A stretch of 64,000 bases of DNA from an uncultured Pseudomonadota bacterium. Lineage in GTDB: Bacteria; Pseudomonadota; Alphaproteobacteria; Rs-D84. The DNA is taken from contig CAMZIQ010000003.1 of NCBI GenBank assembly GCA_947307295.1, positions 2,743 through 66,742 of the forward strand, written 5' to 3'. A program made the position numbers and the translations under genes. This document shows positions 9,738-19,056 of this stretch, piece after piece; position 1 is the first letter of the stretch; every line of letters starts with the position of its first letter. The notes under the pieces are model-generated. The model made no database searches and was not told the origin of the DNA. It worked only from the letters and a program-made list of their open reading frames with translations.

Positions 9738-9807
9738 AATTTGCATAAAATTTTCTACAAAAATGTTGACTTTTGGTATTTAAAAGGTATAATTTGCATA
9801 AAATTTT
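9738..9807 (+). promoter_or_regulatory. rplU promoter flanked by a 17-bp direct repeat
   Basis: TTGACT 9766 / TATAAT 9788; AATTTGCATAAAATTTT at 9738 and 9791. Confidence 0.6.
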
Positions 9808-9860
9808 GTGCAGAAACGAAATTTTAACATAAACAACGAAGAACAAAAGAGATAAAAAAT

Positions 9861-10160
9861 ATGTCTACATTTGCTATCTTTAAAACTGGTGGAAAACAAT
9901 ATCGTGTCCAAGAAGGCGACATTGTAAAGGTTGAAAAACTGGATGCCACTGGTTCGGTCACTTTTGACCAAGTTTTAATGGTTGGTGACAAAGTTGGAAC
10001 TCCATTTATTGATGGTGCCAAAGTTGTTGCTGATGTAATCGAACAAAAACGTGATGATAAAGTTTTGGTGTTTAAGAAAAAACGTCGTCAAAACTATCGT
10101 AGAACTGCCGGTCATCGTCAGTTTATCACCGTTTTGAAAATTAAATCAATCAAGGCCTAA
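9861..10160 (+). CDS. rplU: 50S ribosomal protein L21
   Basis: '[10 protein letters not shown]...[16 protein letters not shown]'. Confidence 0.98.
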   Translation: MSTFAIFKTGGKQYRVQEGDIVKVEKLDATGSVTFDQVLMVGDKVGTPFIDGAKVVADVIEQKRDDKVLVFKKKRRQNYRRTAGHRQFITVLKIKSIKA

Positions 10161-10187
10161 CAGACCCGTAAGCGAAGGAGTTTAATT

Positions 10188-10454
10188 ATGGCACATAAGA
10201 AAGCTGGTTCAGCATCAACAAACGGACGCGATTCAGCCGGACGCAGATTGGGTGTAAAGAAAAGTGGCGGCAGTCACGTTATCCCAGGTAATATCATCAT
10301 TCGTCAACGTGGAACATCTGTACATCCAGGCTTGAATGTTGGTATGGGTAAAGATCATACATTATTTGCAAAGGTTGCTGGCAAAGTCACATTTAAACGT
10401 GGCAATGGCGACAGAAAGACAGTTTCTGTTGTCCCAGATACTGAATCAAAATAA
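10188..10454 (+). CDS. rpmA: 50S ribosomal protein L27
   Basis: '[24 protein letters not shown]'. Confidence 0.98.
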   Translation: MAHKKAGSASTNGRDSAGRRLGVKKSGGSHVIPGNIIIRQRGTSVHPGLNVGMGKDHTLFAKVAGKVTFKRGNGDRKTVSVVPDTESK

Positions 10455-10459
10455 AAAAC

Positions 10460-10500
10460 ATTTGATTAAAAAACACCGCCCGTTTGGGCGGTGTTTTTAT
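10460..10500 (+). terminator. Intrinsic terminator (copy 1 of a direct repeat)
   Basis: AAAAACACCGCCC-GTTT-GGGCGGTGTTTTT. Confidence 0.85.
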
Positions 10501-10520
10501 TTTTATTTCGTACGAAAATA

Positions 10521-10529
10521 TGGTATAAT
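10521..10529 (+). promoter_or_regulatory. Extended -10 promoter of the cassette
   Basis: TGGTATAAT (TGn-TATAAT). Confidence 0.6.
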
Positions 10530-10553
10530 AATCCCATAAAGAGAAAAGAAAAA

Positions 10554-10616
10554 ATGTCAAGAAAATTTGTCAATGCGCTGAAAACCGCAGTTTTCTACAC
10601 ACACACACACATGTAG
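10554..10616 (+). CDS. Putative leader peptide MSRKFVNALKTAVFYTHTHM containing an (AC)7 tract
   Basis: ATG 10554 after purine-rich AAGAGA, stop TAG 10614-10616; translated by hand. Confidence 0.5.
   Translation: MSRKFVNALKTAVFYTHTHM
10597..10611 (+). repeat. (AC)7A dinucleotide microsatellite
   Basis: acacacacacacaca; the only long dinucleotide tract noticed in the window. Confidence 0.9.
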
Positions 10617-10668
10617 TGTGCTGCTGAGCATAAAACAAATCGTTCAGATTTGTTTAGTAAAAGTTTTT

Positions 10669-10704
10669 AACAGATCAAATGCATTGCGCATCTGGTCTGT
10701 TTTT
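10669..10704 (+). terminator. Internal attenuator-like terminator upstream of the 10728 gene
   Basis: AACAGATCAAATGC / GCATCTGGTCTGTT stem (one mismatch, one G-U) running into a T-tract. Confidence 0.6.
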
Positions 10705-10727
10705 CTATTCAACTAAAAGGAGTAAAA

Positions 10728-11606
10728 ATGGCGAAAAAAAATATCACAACATCAAAAAAATTTAAACGGGTAGTAAAAAAAATAGCTTTTGGCGCAGGTG
10801 TCGCTGCTATCACGGCTGGAGGAATCAGACTAACAGACAACATACACAAAAATGAAAAGCAAAGAGACGATTTTGAGATAGGGATGAGAGACGCAAGTTT
10901 GAAAGAGATAAAAGGTTATATGGACCAATATGTCACATATGATTCTTTGGAATATGCTAAAGATTTGGCAAAAGCAGAAGCGAATGTTAATATATGTAAA
11001 GAATATGCAAGAAGATTAGAAAAACGTCTAGATCTGGAAGATGAATATAATAAAGCTATATTTTCTTTGACTGATGAATATGCGGAAAAAGTAATATTAG
11101 AAGCCAAATCACTCGGTGGAAAACCATCTCAACATGAAATAAGAAAAGCTGTTGGGCATATATGGTATTATAGTCCCCTTGTAGGACAAGAATGGTTAGC
11201 TGATAAATGGGATAGCTGTAAAGAAACTGTTAAAATGACATTTGATGATCTATTGCCACTCTGTGTAGTGAAAGATACTAAAGCAATGAGTAAAAAATTA
11301 AACAGTTTATCAGCATCATTTTTTAAAGAATTTTCTAATATGCAAGAGACGGTTAAACGTCAAAACGCAACAACTATAGAAGTGTTAACAGCAGAGCTTA
11401 ACAGAGCGAATGCGGAGCTGCGTAGTGCTGAATTAAGGTTGTCTGAGGTGCGTGAAGATTATATAAAGAATATGCGAAAGCTTGATAACCTTAAATCAAA
11501 TACAGCAAAGGAATATGACAAATTGCGCGAGAAACCACAAAATCTTAGAGAGACAAAAGAGATGTGGAAAGCTAAGGTTAAGGAAAAAGTTGAAAATCGT
11601 TCTTAG
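10728..11606 (+). CDS. Hypothetical coiled-coil protein with basic N-terminus and one hydrophobic segment
   Basis: SD AAGGAG; 'KKIAFGAGVAAITAGG'; charged helical body; no recognised motif. Confidence 0.75.
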   Translation: MAKKNITTSKKFKRVVKKIAFGAGVAAITAGGIRLTDNIHKNEKQRDDFEIGMRDASLKEIKGYMDQYVTYDSLEYAKDLAKAEANVNICKEYARRLEKRLDLEDEYNKAIFSLTDEYAEKVILEAKSLGGKPSQHEIRKAVGHIWYYSPLVGQEWLADKWDSCKETVKMTFDDLLPLCVVKDTKAMSKKLNSLSASFFKEFSNMQETVKRQNATTIEVLTAELNRANAELRSAELRLSEVREDYIKNMRKLDNLKSNTAKEYDKLREKPQNLRETKEMWKAKVKEKVENRS

Positions 11607-11607
11607 T

Positions 11608-11648
11608 ATTTGATTACAAAAACACCGCCCGTTTGGGCGGTTTTTTTT
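11608..11648. terminator. Bidirectional terminator (copy 2 of the direct repeat)
   Basis: Matches 10460-10492 except for one inserted C; lies between convergent genes. Confidence 0.85.
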
Positions 11649-12525
11649 AATCTTCACCGAAATCCATTTCGCGTAGTTTTTCAGCCCTTGGCGATATCTT
11701 AGAAATTGATGTTTGCAATTCGTTCATATCTTTTTGCGCCAATGCAAAATGTTGGTCTACTTTTGATGCGCGTTCACCTAAACGTTCAAGGTCTGATAGT
11801 AATAAATCTAATTCGCGTTTAATCTTTGTTGCTACGCGTTTAATTTTTATATCTGATAACACAGCGCGTATAGTATTTAACGTTGCCCACAAAGTCGCAG
11901 GCGACACAATAAATACTTTTTTATGTGCTGCATATTCTATGGTGTTAGGAAAAGCGCTGTGCAATTCTTCGAATATAGATTCCGAAGCAATAAACATCAT
12001 CGCACTTTCCGCAGTCACCCCAGGGATAATGTATTTTTCAGCAATGGCATCTATGTGTTTGCGAACATCTAATTCAAATTGCTTACGTGCGCCAATATCG
12101 TTTTTGTTTTCCAAAATTCGATTATAACTTTCTAATGGGAATTTGCTGTCGATTATCATATCTCCTGGGGGATATGGCAATCTTATTACGCAATCAGGGC
12201 GAACGCCAGTCGATAAAACACTTTGAAAAGCATAGGTTTCAGGTGGCATAATATCGGCAACTAAATCTTCCAGTTGTCTTTCGCCAAAAGTTCCGCGTGC
12301 TTGTTTATTTCCCATTAAAATATCTTTGAAATTAGCAATATCAGAACTGATGTTTTTCAATTCTATGGCATTTTGTGACAACATCCCCAGCCTTTCTGCC
12401 AATCTTTCACGCAATCTCGCATTATCTTCACGAAGTTGTGATATATCAATATTTGGTTTGCGAAATACCAAAACCAACAACAAAAATATGATAAGCATCA
12501 GCAATATTAAAATATAAGTTGTCAT
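11647..12525 (-). CDS. rmuC: DNA recombination protein RmuC
   Basis: 'KQARGTFGERQL', 'RPDCVIRLP', 'IDSKFPLE', 'MFIASE', 'VSPATL'. Confidence 0.92.
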   Translation of the reverse strand: MTTYILILLMLIIFLLLVLVFRKPNIDISQLREDNARLRERLAERLGMLSQNAIELKNISSDIANFKDILMGNKQARGTFGERQLEDLVADIMPPETYAFQSVLSTGVRPDCVIRLPYPPGDMIIDSKFPLESYNRILENKNDIGARKQFELDVRKHIDAIAEKYIIPGVTAESAMMFIASESIFEELHSAFPNTIEYAAHKKVFIVSPATLWATLNTIRAVLSDIKIKRVATKIKRELDLLLSDLERLGERASKVDQHFALAQKDMNELQTSISKISPRAEKLREMDFGED

Positions 12526-12577
12526 TTGAAAATCCTTTGCTACAATCTATATCGGCAATTATAAAAAGGTTTTGTAA

Positions 12578-13078
12578 ATGTTGCAAATGAAACTTTGTGG
12601 TGATTTAGTTTTGCGGGAAAAATGTGCGCCTGTGTCGGACATAACGCCTGAATTATTAGGCACCATGGATGAAATGGTTAAAATGATGGAAAAACAAAAT
12701 GGGGTTGGCTTGGCAGCACCCCAGGTTGGCATCACACAAAGATTTTTGGTGATGATGAATCCTGAAACTAACGAAATATATCGTATGATTAATCCAAAAA
12801 TAGTATCAAAAAGCAATGAAACCTGCCTTATGGAAGAAGGGTGTTTGTCTGTATTGGGTGCGGATAATTTGCCTGTATATGCGCATGTTCGCCGTCCTTC
12901 TTCGGTCACGGTTGAATGGACTGATGAAAAAGGGGATAAACAAGTTGCTGAAATGGCGGGAACTATTGCACGAATTGTGCAACATGAAACAGACCATTTG
13001 GACGGTGTGTTGTTTATAGATTATCTGTCTGGGGTTAAACGCGAAATGCTTATGCGTAAGGTTAATCGGAGGCACTAA
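12578..13078 (+). CDS. def: Peptide deformylase
   Basis: GVGLAAPQVG, EGCLS, QHETDHLDG. Confidence 0.97.
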   Translation: MLQMKLCGDLVLREKCAPVSDITPELLGTMDEMVKMMEKQNGVGLAAPQVGITQRFLVMMNPETNEIYRMINPKIVSKSNETCLMEEGCLSVLGADNLPVYAHVRRPSSVTVEWTDEKGDKQVAEMAGTIARIVQHETDHLDGVLFIDYLSGVKREMLMRKVNRRH

Positions 13079-13891
13079 ATGAAACTGATACTGATGGGAA
13101 CGAACAGTTTTGTTGTGCCAATATTTGATGCTTTGGCGAATAAATATGACATAATCGGCGTGTTTACTCGTGCGCCAAAACCAATGGGACGTAAACATGT
13201 TTTAACAAAATCCCCAGTACATCAATGGGCTGAAAAACGCGGTTTGCCTGTTCATACTTCTATCAAAGAATTTGATTTAATATCTGAAAAACCAGATATG
13301 ATAGTCGTTATATCTTATGGTGTGATTTTGCGTGATAATGTTTTAAATGCTGCAAAGTGTATCAATATTCACCCGTCTTCTTTACCTAAATATCGCGGAC
13401 CATCACCAATAAGAACTGCGATTTTAAACGGCGAAAAAAATATGGACGTATGTTTAATGGATGTGGTTTCTGAAATGGATGCAGGTGACGTTTATATGCG
13501 TAAAAATATCGAAATAGGCGAAAATGATACTAATGACACTATGGAAAAGAAAGTATCTGATACAGCGATTGAAATGTTAGATGAATATATGGTACACCCA
13601 GAAGATTTTCCGCCCATAAAACAAATTGGCGAAGTTGTTTTAACTCGAAAATTTACCGGCGAAGATGAAATCATAGACTGGAAAAAAACACCACAACAGA
13701 TTCATAATCAAATTCGTGCGCTGGGATGTGGTCGAACAAAAATAAACGGTATAGATGTAAAAATCTTAGAAACCGAAATAGATAATGGCAGTTTGAGAAT
13801 TGTAAAAATTCAACCATCTGGAAAAAATCCAATGGATTGGAAAAGTTTCATAAATGGTCTGCATGGCGCAGCCATAAAATACGGAGATTAA
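13079..13891 (+). CDS. fmt: Methionyl-tRNA formyltransferase
   Basis: NIHPSSLPKYRGPSPI, MDAGD; follows def. Confidence 0.93.
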   Translation: MKLILMGTNSFVVPIFDALANKYDIIGVFTRAPKPMGRKHVLTKSPVHQWAEKRGLPVHTSIKEFDLISEKPDMIVVISYGVILRDNVLNAAKCINIHPSSLPKYRGPSPIRTAILNGEKNMDVCLMDVVSEMDAGDVYMRKNIEIGENDTNDTMEKKVSDTAIEMLDEYMVHPEDFPPIKQIGEVVLTRKFTGEDEIIDWKKTPQQIHNQIRALGCGRTKINGIDVKILETEIDNGSLRIVKIQPSGKNPMDWKSFINGLHGAAIKYGD

Positions 13892-13892
13892 A

Positions 13893-14081
13893 ATGTCAGA
13901 TAAAAAATGTTTTTTAAATACTTGCAACGCCACAGTTGGCGATTGTGAAATTCTTAATTGTCCTTGCTTGAAATGTTTGGGCAAAGACAAAGAAACGTGT
14001 AAAAAGTTATGTGATGAAACAGAATATTTTAAACAGCAATTATATTGCAGTCGCTGTAAAAATTATGTAGTACAAAAATAA
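13893..14081 (+). CDS. Small cysteine-rich hypothetical protein (10 Cys in 62 aa)
   Basis: Fills the fmt-truA gap with 1-2 nt spacing; SD GGAG. Confidence 0.65.
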   Translation: MSDKKCFLNTCNATVGDCEILNCPCLKCLGKDKETCKKLCDETEYFKQQLYCSRCKNYVVQK

Positions 14082-14083
14082 AA

Positions 14084-14830
14084 ATGACACGATACAAAAT
14101 AAATATTGAATACGATGGAACTGATTTAATAGGCTGGCAAGAAAATGCCCAGGGTCCATCTGTACAATCTTTATTACAAGATGCGATATTTCAATTTTGT
14201 GCTGAAAAGGTAGAGGTTTATTCTGCTGGTCGCACAGATGCTGGTGTTCATGCGCTTTCTATGGTTGCGCATTTTGATTTGGAACGCGAACAAGATGCGC
14301 AAACCGTTATGCGCGCGATAAATTTTTATTTAACTAATAAACCAGTTGCTGTATTAAGTTGTGAAAAAGTTGACGATGATTTTCATTCAAGATTTTCTTG
14401 CACATCGCGTCATTATAAATATATAGTGGTAAATCGCAGCGCCCCGGTAGTTTTAAATAAAAATCGTGTTTGGTGGGTGCCACAAAAACTTGATATAGAT
14501 GCGATGAAAAAGGCTGCAAAAAAATTAATCGGTAAACATGATTTTACTTCTTTTCGTGCTGCTCAATGTCAGGCTAAATCACCAATAAAAACTTTGGATT
14601 CTGTTAATATAACACAAAATGGTGAAGAAATTATTTTTGAATTTTCTGCCCGTTCTTTTTTGCATCACCAGGTTCGAAATATGGTTGGAACTTTGGTTGA
14701 AATTGGTATGGGGAAACCATTAGATATTGATGAAATTTTTGATGCCAAAGACAGAAGTGCTGCGGGTATAAACGCGCCTGCGAATGGACTTTATTTTGTT
14801 AGTGCAGATTATGCCAAGGACGTTGATTAA
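14084..14830 (+). CDS. truA: tRNA pseudouridine(38-40) synthase
   Basis: EYDGT..GWQ, AGRTDAGVHA, HDFTSFR, FLHHQVRNMVG. Confidence 0.97.
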   Translation: MTRYKINIEYDGTDLIGWQENAQGPSVQSLLQDAIFQFCAEKVEVYSAGRTDAGVHALSMVAHFDLEREQDAQTVMRAINFYLTNKPVAVLSCEKVDDDFHSRFSCTSRHYKYIVVNRSAPVVLNKNRVWWVPQKLDIDAMKKAAKKLIGKHDFTSFRAAQCQAKSPIKTLDSVNITQNGEEIIFEFSARSFLHHQVRNMVGTLVEIGMGKPLDIDEIFDAKDRSAAGINAPANGLYFVSADYAKDVD

Positions 14831-16754
14831 CAATTTTTGTCACGGAACCATCTGGATAAATCATTAACCCATTTTCCAGAATTTTTGCATGACAGTTTGG
14901 TGCTTTGATTGCAAAAGTCGCAACGATATAGTCTATATCTTTGTCGCGACATACTTTTTCTATGTTATTAAATATAGCCATAAAGTGTTGCATATAAACC
15001 AGATTCCAATTCTGTGTTTCATAGGTGCATATTCCTTTGGAACATTTATATTTTGTGTGTTTAGATTTTATTTCTTCATCATTAAATTCATACCAAGAAC
15101 TAAAAGCAAAATAATGTGCAGATGCATGTGCCTTGTTAAATTGTAATTTATCATTAACAACAAAACCAACCAATTGATGATCGTCTGTGGCATAAAATAA
15201 TGGTCTGGATGTAGAAGCGTAAATTATAGTCGCGACGGATAAAAATACGACACACAAAATACAGTTTAAATATTTAACGAATATATTTTTATAATCCGAT
15301 TTAACAATTAATATCAAAAACAACAGACCAATTATACTTAGTATCAACACGCTATTGGAAACATGTGGCATATAGATATTAGCATGCGGTAAATCTGTAA
15401 TGTGTTTTGCAATAGATAAAGCAAAATTATAAACTTGGTCTGAAATGCCGATTAAAAAACGATTTCCAAACAAAGATAAAATAGTTCCAATCATAATAAG
15501 CGGCATAATCGCCAATGAAAACAACGGCAAAATAACCATATTCCCAATTAAACTGTAAATTGGTATATAACCGAAATGAGCAATTATAAAAGGTAGTGTA
15601 AATATTGTCGCAACAAGAGCAGTCATAAAAGACAAATATATCGCGTGTAGTATTTTATTCAATCTGGTGCGTTTTACGTATTCTTTGTCTTGATAAAACC
15701 AAAGTAAACCAAATATTGCTGCAAAAGATAATTGAAACCCAGCCTGCATAACAGCAAATGGATTAATCAAGAAAATTATTAAGAAAGCCAAAGCCGCATT
15801 ACGCAATGATAATACGTTTCGTCCAAGAATAATCGCGATAAAAACCAAAGTTGCCATCAAAAAAGCACGAACTGTCGCGATACTTATTCCAGAAATACAT
15901 AAATAAAACAACAGCCCAAACCATGCACAAATCATAGCAGGGTATTTAGCGGGAATTCTTTTGGTTATTTTTGGAAATAATCGAAAAATCAAATAAAATA
16001 TCGCGAACAACCACCCACCAACCAAAGTCATATGAAATCCACTTATAGACCATACATGCCCGACACCAACAGATTTCCAAATATCAGTTTCTGATTCTGG
16101 AATAACTTTTTTATATCCCAAAACCAAAGCATCTGTTAAAACAGATTGTGCGCGATTATGAATATATGTTCGTATATGTTGTGGCGAATCTGATTTTGTT
16201 ATATTGTAATTTTTGAAAAAGCCTGTGGCGGAAAGTTTTTGAAAATATGCCCATCTTGCAAAATCAAACGAAGCAGGTACATATTTTGACGAAGGGTGAA
16301 ATAACATAGCTTCGCCATTAATCATATCACCAATTTTTATGTTTTGCGTTGTATCAGATAAACTAAGACGGACATTTGCATATTTTTGCAAAGTTTCACA
16401 GCGTAATTGTTCGGTTGAAACGCGAATTATTAATCTGATTGAATCTGTTGTATAATCTATGTCTGTAATTGTTCCAGAAACTTTCGTTGCGCCAAAAGAA
16501 TTTTGAATTTGAGGCGTGTTGATAATATGGGTAAAAGACATCGCATAAAAAAATCCAAATAAAAATATAGCAATCGCACGGATTAAAATATTTTTGTATC
16601 TGAAGATTATTGCGCCCAACAATATAGTAATAAGAATCGGAAAATGAAAATTTGGTTCAATCCCCAAAGAAAAATATAATGCTGCCCCAAAAGCCATAAC
16701 AAAAGGCAGCCAAAGAAACAGATTTTTATATTGATTATTCAGGATTTCTTTCAT
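14799..16754 (-). CDS. comEC: ComEC/Rec2 competence membrane protein
   Basis: DUF4131-like 'FDFARWAY', 'HVWSISGFHM', 'VRAFLM', 'GFQLSF'. Confidence 0.9.
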   Translation of the reverse strand: MKEILNNQYKNLFLWLPFVMAFGAALYFSLGIEPNFHFPILITILLGAIIFRYKNILIRAIAIFLFGFFYAMSFTHIINTPQIQNSFGATKVSGTITDIDYTTDSIRLIIRVSTEQLRCETLQKYANVRLSLSDTTQNIKIGDMINGEAMLFHPSSKYVPASFDFARWAYFQKLSATGFFKNYNITKSDSPQHIRTYIHNRAQSVLTDALVLGYKKVIPESETDIWKSVGVGHVWSISGFHMTLVGGWLFAIFYLIFRLFPKITKRIPAKYPAMICAWFGLLFYLCISGISIATVRAFLMATLVFIAIILGRNVLSLRNAALAFLIIFLINPFAVMQAGFQLSFAAIFGLLWFYQDKEYVKRTRLNKILHAIYLSFMTALVATIFTLPFIIAHFGYIPIYSLIGNMVILPLFSLAIMPLIMIGTILSLFGNRFLIGISDQVYNFALSIAKHITDLPHANIYMPHVSNSVLILSIIGLLFLILIVKSDYKNIFVKYLNCILCVVFLSVATIIYASTSRPLFYATDDHQLVGFVVNDKLQFNKAHASAHYFAFSSWYEFNDEEIKSKHTKYKCSKGICTYETQNWNLVYMQHFMAIFNNIEKVCRDKDIDYIVATFAIKAPNCHAKILENGLMIYPDGSVTKIVNQRPWHNLH

Positions 16755-16832
16755 AATAGACCATTATAAAATTTTATGCTTGCATCGCAATGAATATTTT
16801 TCTAATGTAATTGTACATAAGGAGAAAAACTT

Positions 16833-18401
16833 ATGTCGAGATATATTTTTGTGACTGGTGGGGTTGTATCAAGTTTAGGTAAGGGCGTTTCAGCGGCATC
16901 GTTGGGCGCCCTTCTTCAATCCCGTGGATATACCGTGCATGCACGTAAATTTGACCCATATTTAAACATAGACCCAGGAACTATGTCACCTTTGCAACAT
17001 GGTGAAGTTTATGTGACTAATGATGGTTTTGAAACAGACCTTGATTTGGGGTATTATGAACGCTATTTGGGGGTTAAATTATCACGTAATGATTCGGTTT
17101 CTGGTGGACGTATTTATTGGGACGTGTTAAATGCCGAAAGACGTGGCGATTATCTGGGTAATACGGTCCAAATGATTCCACACGTGACTAATAAAATCAA
17201 AGAATATATCGGTGCACCAACTGGAACAGATTTTGTAATTTGCGAAATTGGTGGAACTGTTGGTGACATCGAAGGTAAAATCTTTTTAGAATCTATACGT
17301 CAATTTGCTAATGATATAGGACGTAAAAATGTTTTATTTTCACATTTAACTTTAGCACCGTATTTGGAACAAAGTGGCGAATTAAAAACAAAGCCGACTC
17401 AAATGTCTGTGCGTAATTTGTTGGAAAATGGTATCCAGGCAGATATTTTGTTTGTTCGTTCGCCACGTATGCTTACCAATGAAGAACGCGCAAAAATTGG
17501 TATGTTTTGCAATTTGCCTGCGAAAAATGTTATTACCAGTATGAATGTTGATAATATCTATAAAATACCATTGGTTTATGATTCTCAACATGTGTTTGAT
17601 ATTATGGCAGAACATTTTGGGTTGCCGAATGCCACTGGTGATATGTCAAAAATTCAAAAAATAGAACATCATCTGGAATCTGATTTACCAACATGTACAA
17701 TCGGTATGGTTGGAAAATATTTTGATATTGCTGATGCTTATAAATCTTTGAACGAAGCTTTGTTTCATGCAGGAATCCAAAACAATGTTCATGTAAAAAT
17801 AAAAAAGATAAACGCAGAAACTGTACAACCTGATGATTTTGCTGATGTAGATGGGATTTTGGTGCCGGGTGGTTTTGGAACACGTGGTGTCGAAGGTAAA
17901 ATATCAGCTGTGCAATATGCACGTGAAAACAATATCCCATTTATGGGAATATGTTTGGGAATGCAGGTTGCTGTTATAGAATTTATGCGGCATGTTGTTG
18001 GTGATGAAAATGCTAATTCAACAGAATTTGCTAAAAATTGTACGCCTGTGATAGATATTATGTCTGATTGTGACAAAGAAGATATGGGTGGAACATTACG
18101 TCTGGGGGCGTATCCGTGTGATATAAAATCTGGAACTTTGGCAGAACAAATTTATGGTGCATCACACATATCAGAACGTCATCGCCATAGATACGAAGTT
18201 AATATTAAATACAAAGATGCATTGGAAAAAGCGGGCATGATTATATCGGGAATTTCACCAGATGGAAAATTGCCAGAAATGGTTGAAATCCCATCGCATA
18301 AATTCTTTATTGCTGGACAATTCCATCCTGAATTTCAAAGCAATCCGTTTAACGGGCATCCTATGTTTAATGCCTTTATAGCGGCTGCAAAAAAGAAATG
18401 A
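16833..18401 (+). CDS. pyrG: CTP synthase
   Basis: FVTGGVVSSLGKG, DPGTMSP, GICLGMQ, QFHPE. Confidence 0.98.
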   Translation: MSRYIFVTGGVVSSLGKGVSAASLGALLQSRGYTVHARKFDPYLNIDPGTMSPLQHGEVYVTNDGFETDLDLGYYERYLGVKLSRNDSVSGGRIYWDVLNAERRGDYLGNTVQMIPHVTNKIKEYIGAPTGTDFVICEIGGTVGDIEGKIFLESIRQFANDIGRKNVLFSHLTLAPYLEQSGELKTKPTQMSVRNLLENGIQADILFVRSPRMLTNEERAKIGMFCNLPAKNVITSMNVDNIYKIPLVYDSQHVFDIMAEHFGLPNATGDMSKIQKIEHHLESDLPTCTIGMVGKYFDIADAYKSLNEALFHAGIQNNVHVKIKKINAETVQPDDFADVDGILVPGGFGTRGVEGKISAVQYARENNIPFMGICLGMQVAVIEFMRHVVGDENANSTEFAKNCTPVIDIMSDCDKEDMGGTLRLGAYPCDIKSGTLAEQIYGASHISERHRHRYEVNIKYKDALEKAGMIISGISPDGKLPEMVEIPSHKFFIAGQFHPEFQSNPFNGHPMFNAFIAAAKKK

Positions 18402-18716
18402 TTATTTTCCGAAAATAAAATCTGAATTTGATGATATAGATATTATCGTATCCATGTCATCATTTTCAGATGCGTGTTGCTTTATAATTTTTCCGCATTT
18501 TTCGCATTTGTGGGTAATTATAAAATCGCCATTTTTTTGTTCTATGGATATCGGACGCATCATACCACCGCATGTTGATTGCCTGTCGCCAGGATTATTA
18601 TCAACGTGTCGGGACCATAAACATTTTGGACAATGGTTAGTATATCCATTGCCTAAAACTTCTGCGCCACAATGGGCGCAGGTAAAGTTTTCTTTTGTTT
18701 TTGTGAATTTTTTCAT
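18402..18716 (-). CDS. RNHCP domain zinc-binding protein
   Basis: FTCAHCG, TNHCPKCLWSRHVD..PGDR, HKCEKCG. Confidence 0.88.
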   Translation of the reverse strand: MKKFTKTKENFTCAHCGAEVLGNGYTNHCPKCLWSRHVDNNPGDRQSTCGGMMRPISIEQKNGDFIITHKCEKCGKIIKQHASENDDMDTIISISSNSDFIFGK

Positions 18717-18717
18717 A

Positions 18718-18966
18718 TTACAAACCCAATGCGTCACGATACATTTTAGTTAATTCGTCTGCTTCGTCTAATTCATCTGGGTCCAGTTTGCGTAATCTTA
18801 TCATCTGACGAATATATTTTGGATCGTATCCCGCAGATTTAGCTTCTGCATAAACTTCTTTGATATCTGCTGCAATAGCCGCAGTATCTTCGTTTAATTT
18901 TTCAATTCTTTCGATAATGCTGATTAATTGAGCGTTATCAATAGCACCATGATTTGCGTTTTTCAT
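18718..18966 (-). CDS. DUF2312/UPF0335 (GapR-like nucleoid-associated protein)
   Basis: 'QLISIIERIEKL...DIKEVYAEAKSAGYD..IRLRK'. Confidence 0.9.
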   Translation of the reverse strand: MKNANHGAIDNAQLISIIERIEKLNEDTAAIAADIKEVYAEAKSAGYDPKYIRQMIRLRKLDPDELDEADELTKMYRDALGL

Positions 18967-19056
18967 ATTCTTCCCCTTGTCTTTTACATACGATATATGA
19001 TATATTAACAAATAGAAAAAGCAAATATTTTTATATCGGAAAGAAAGGCATATCAC

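Noticed and set aside
10554..10616. Classical His/Thr amino-acid attenuator (THTH)
   Set aside because: Only two His and two Thr codons in the tract, all produced by the AC repeat, and the downstream gene is not biosynthetic; not fully excluded.
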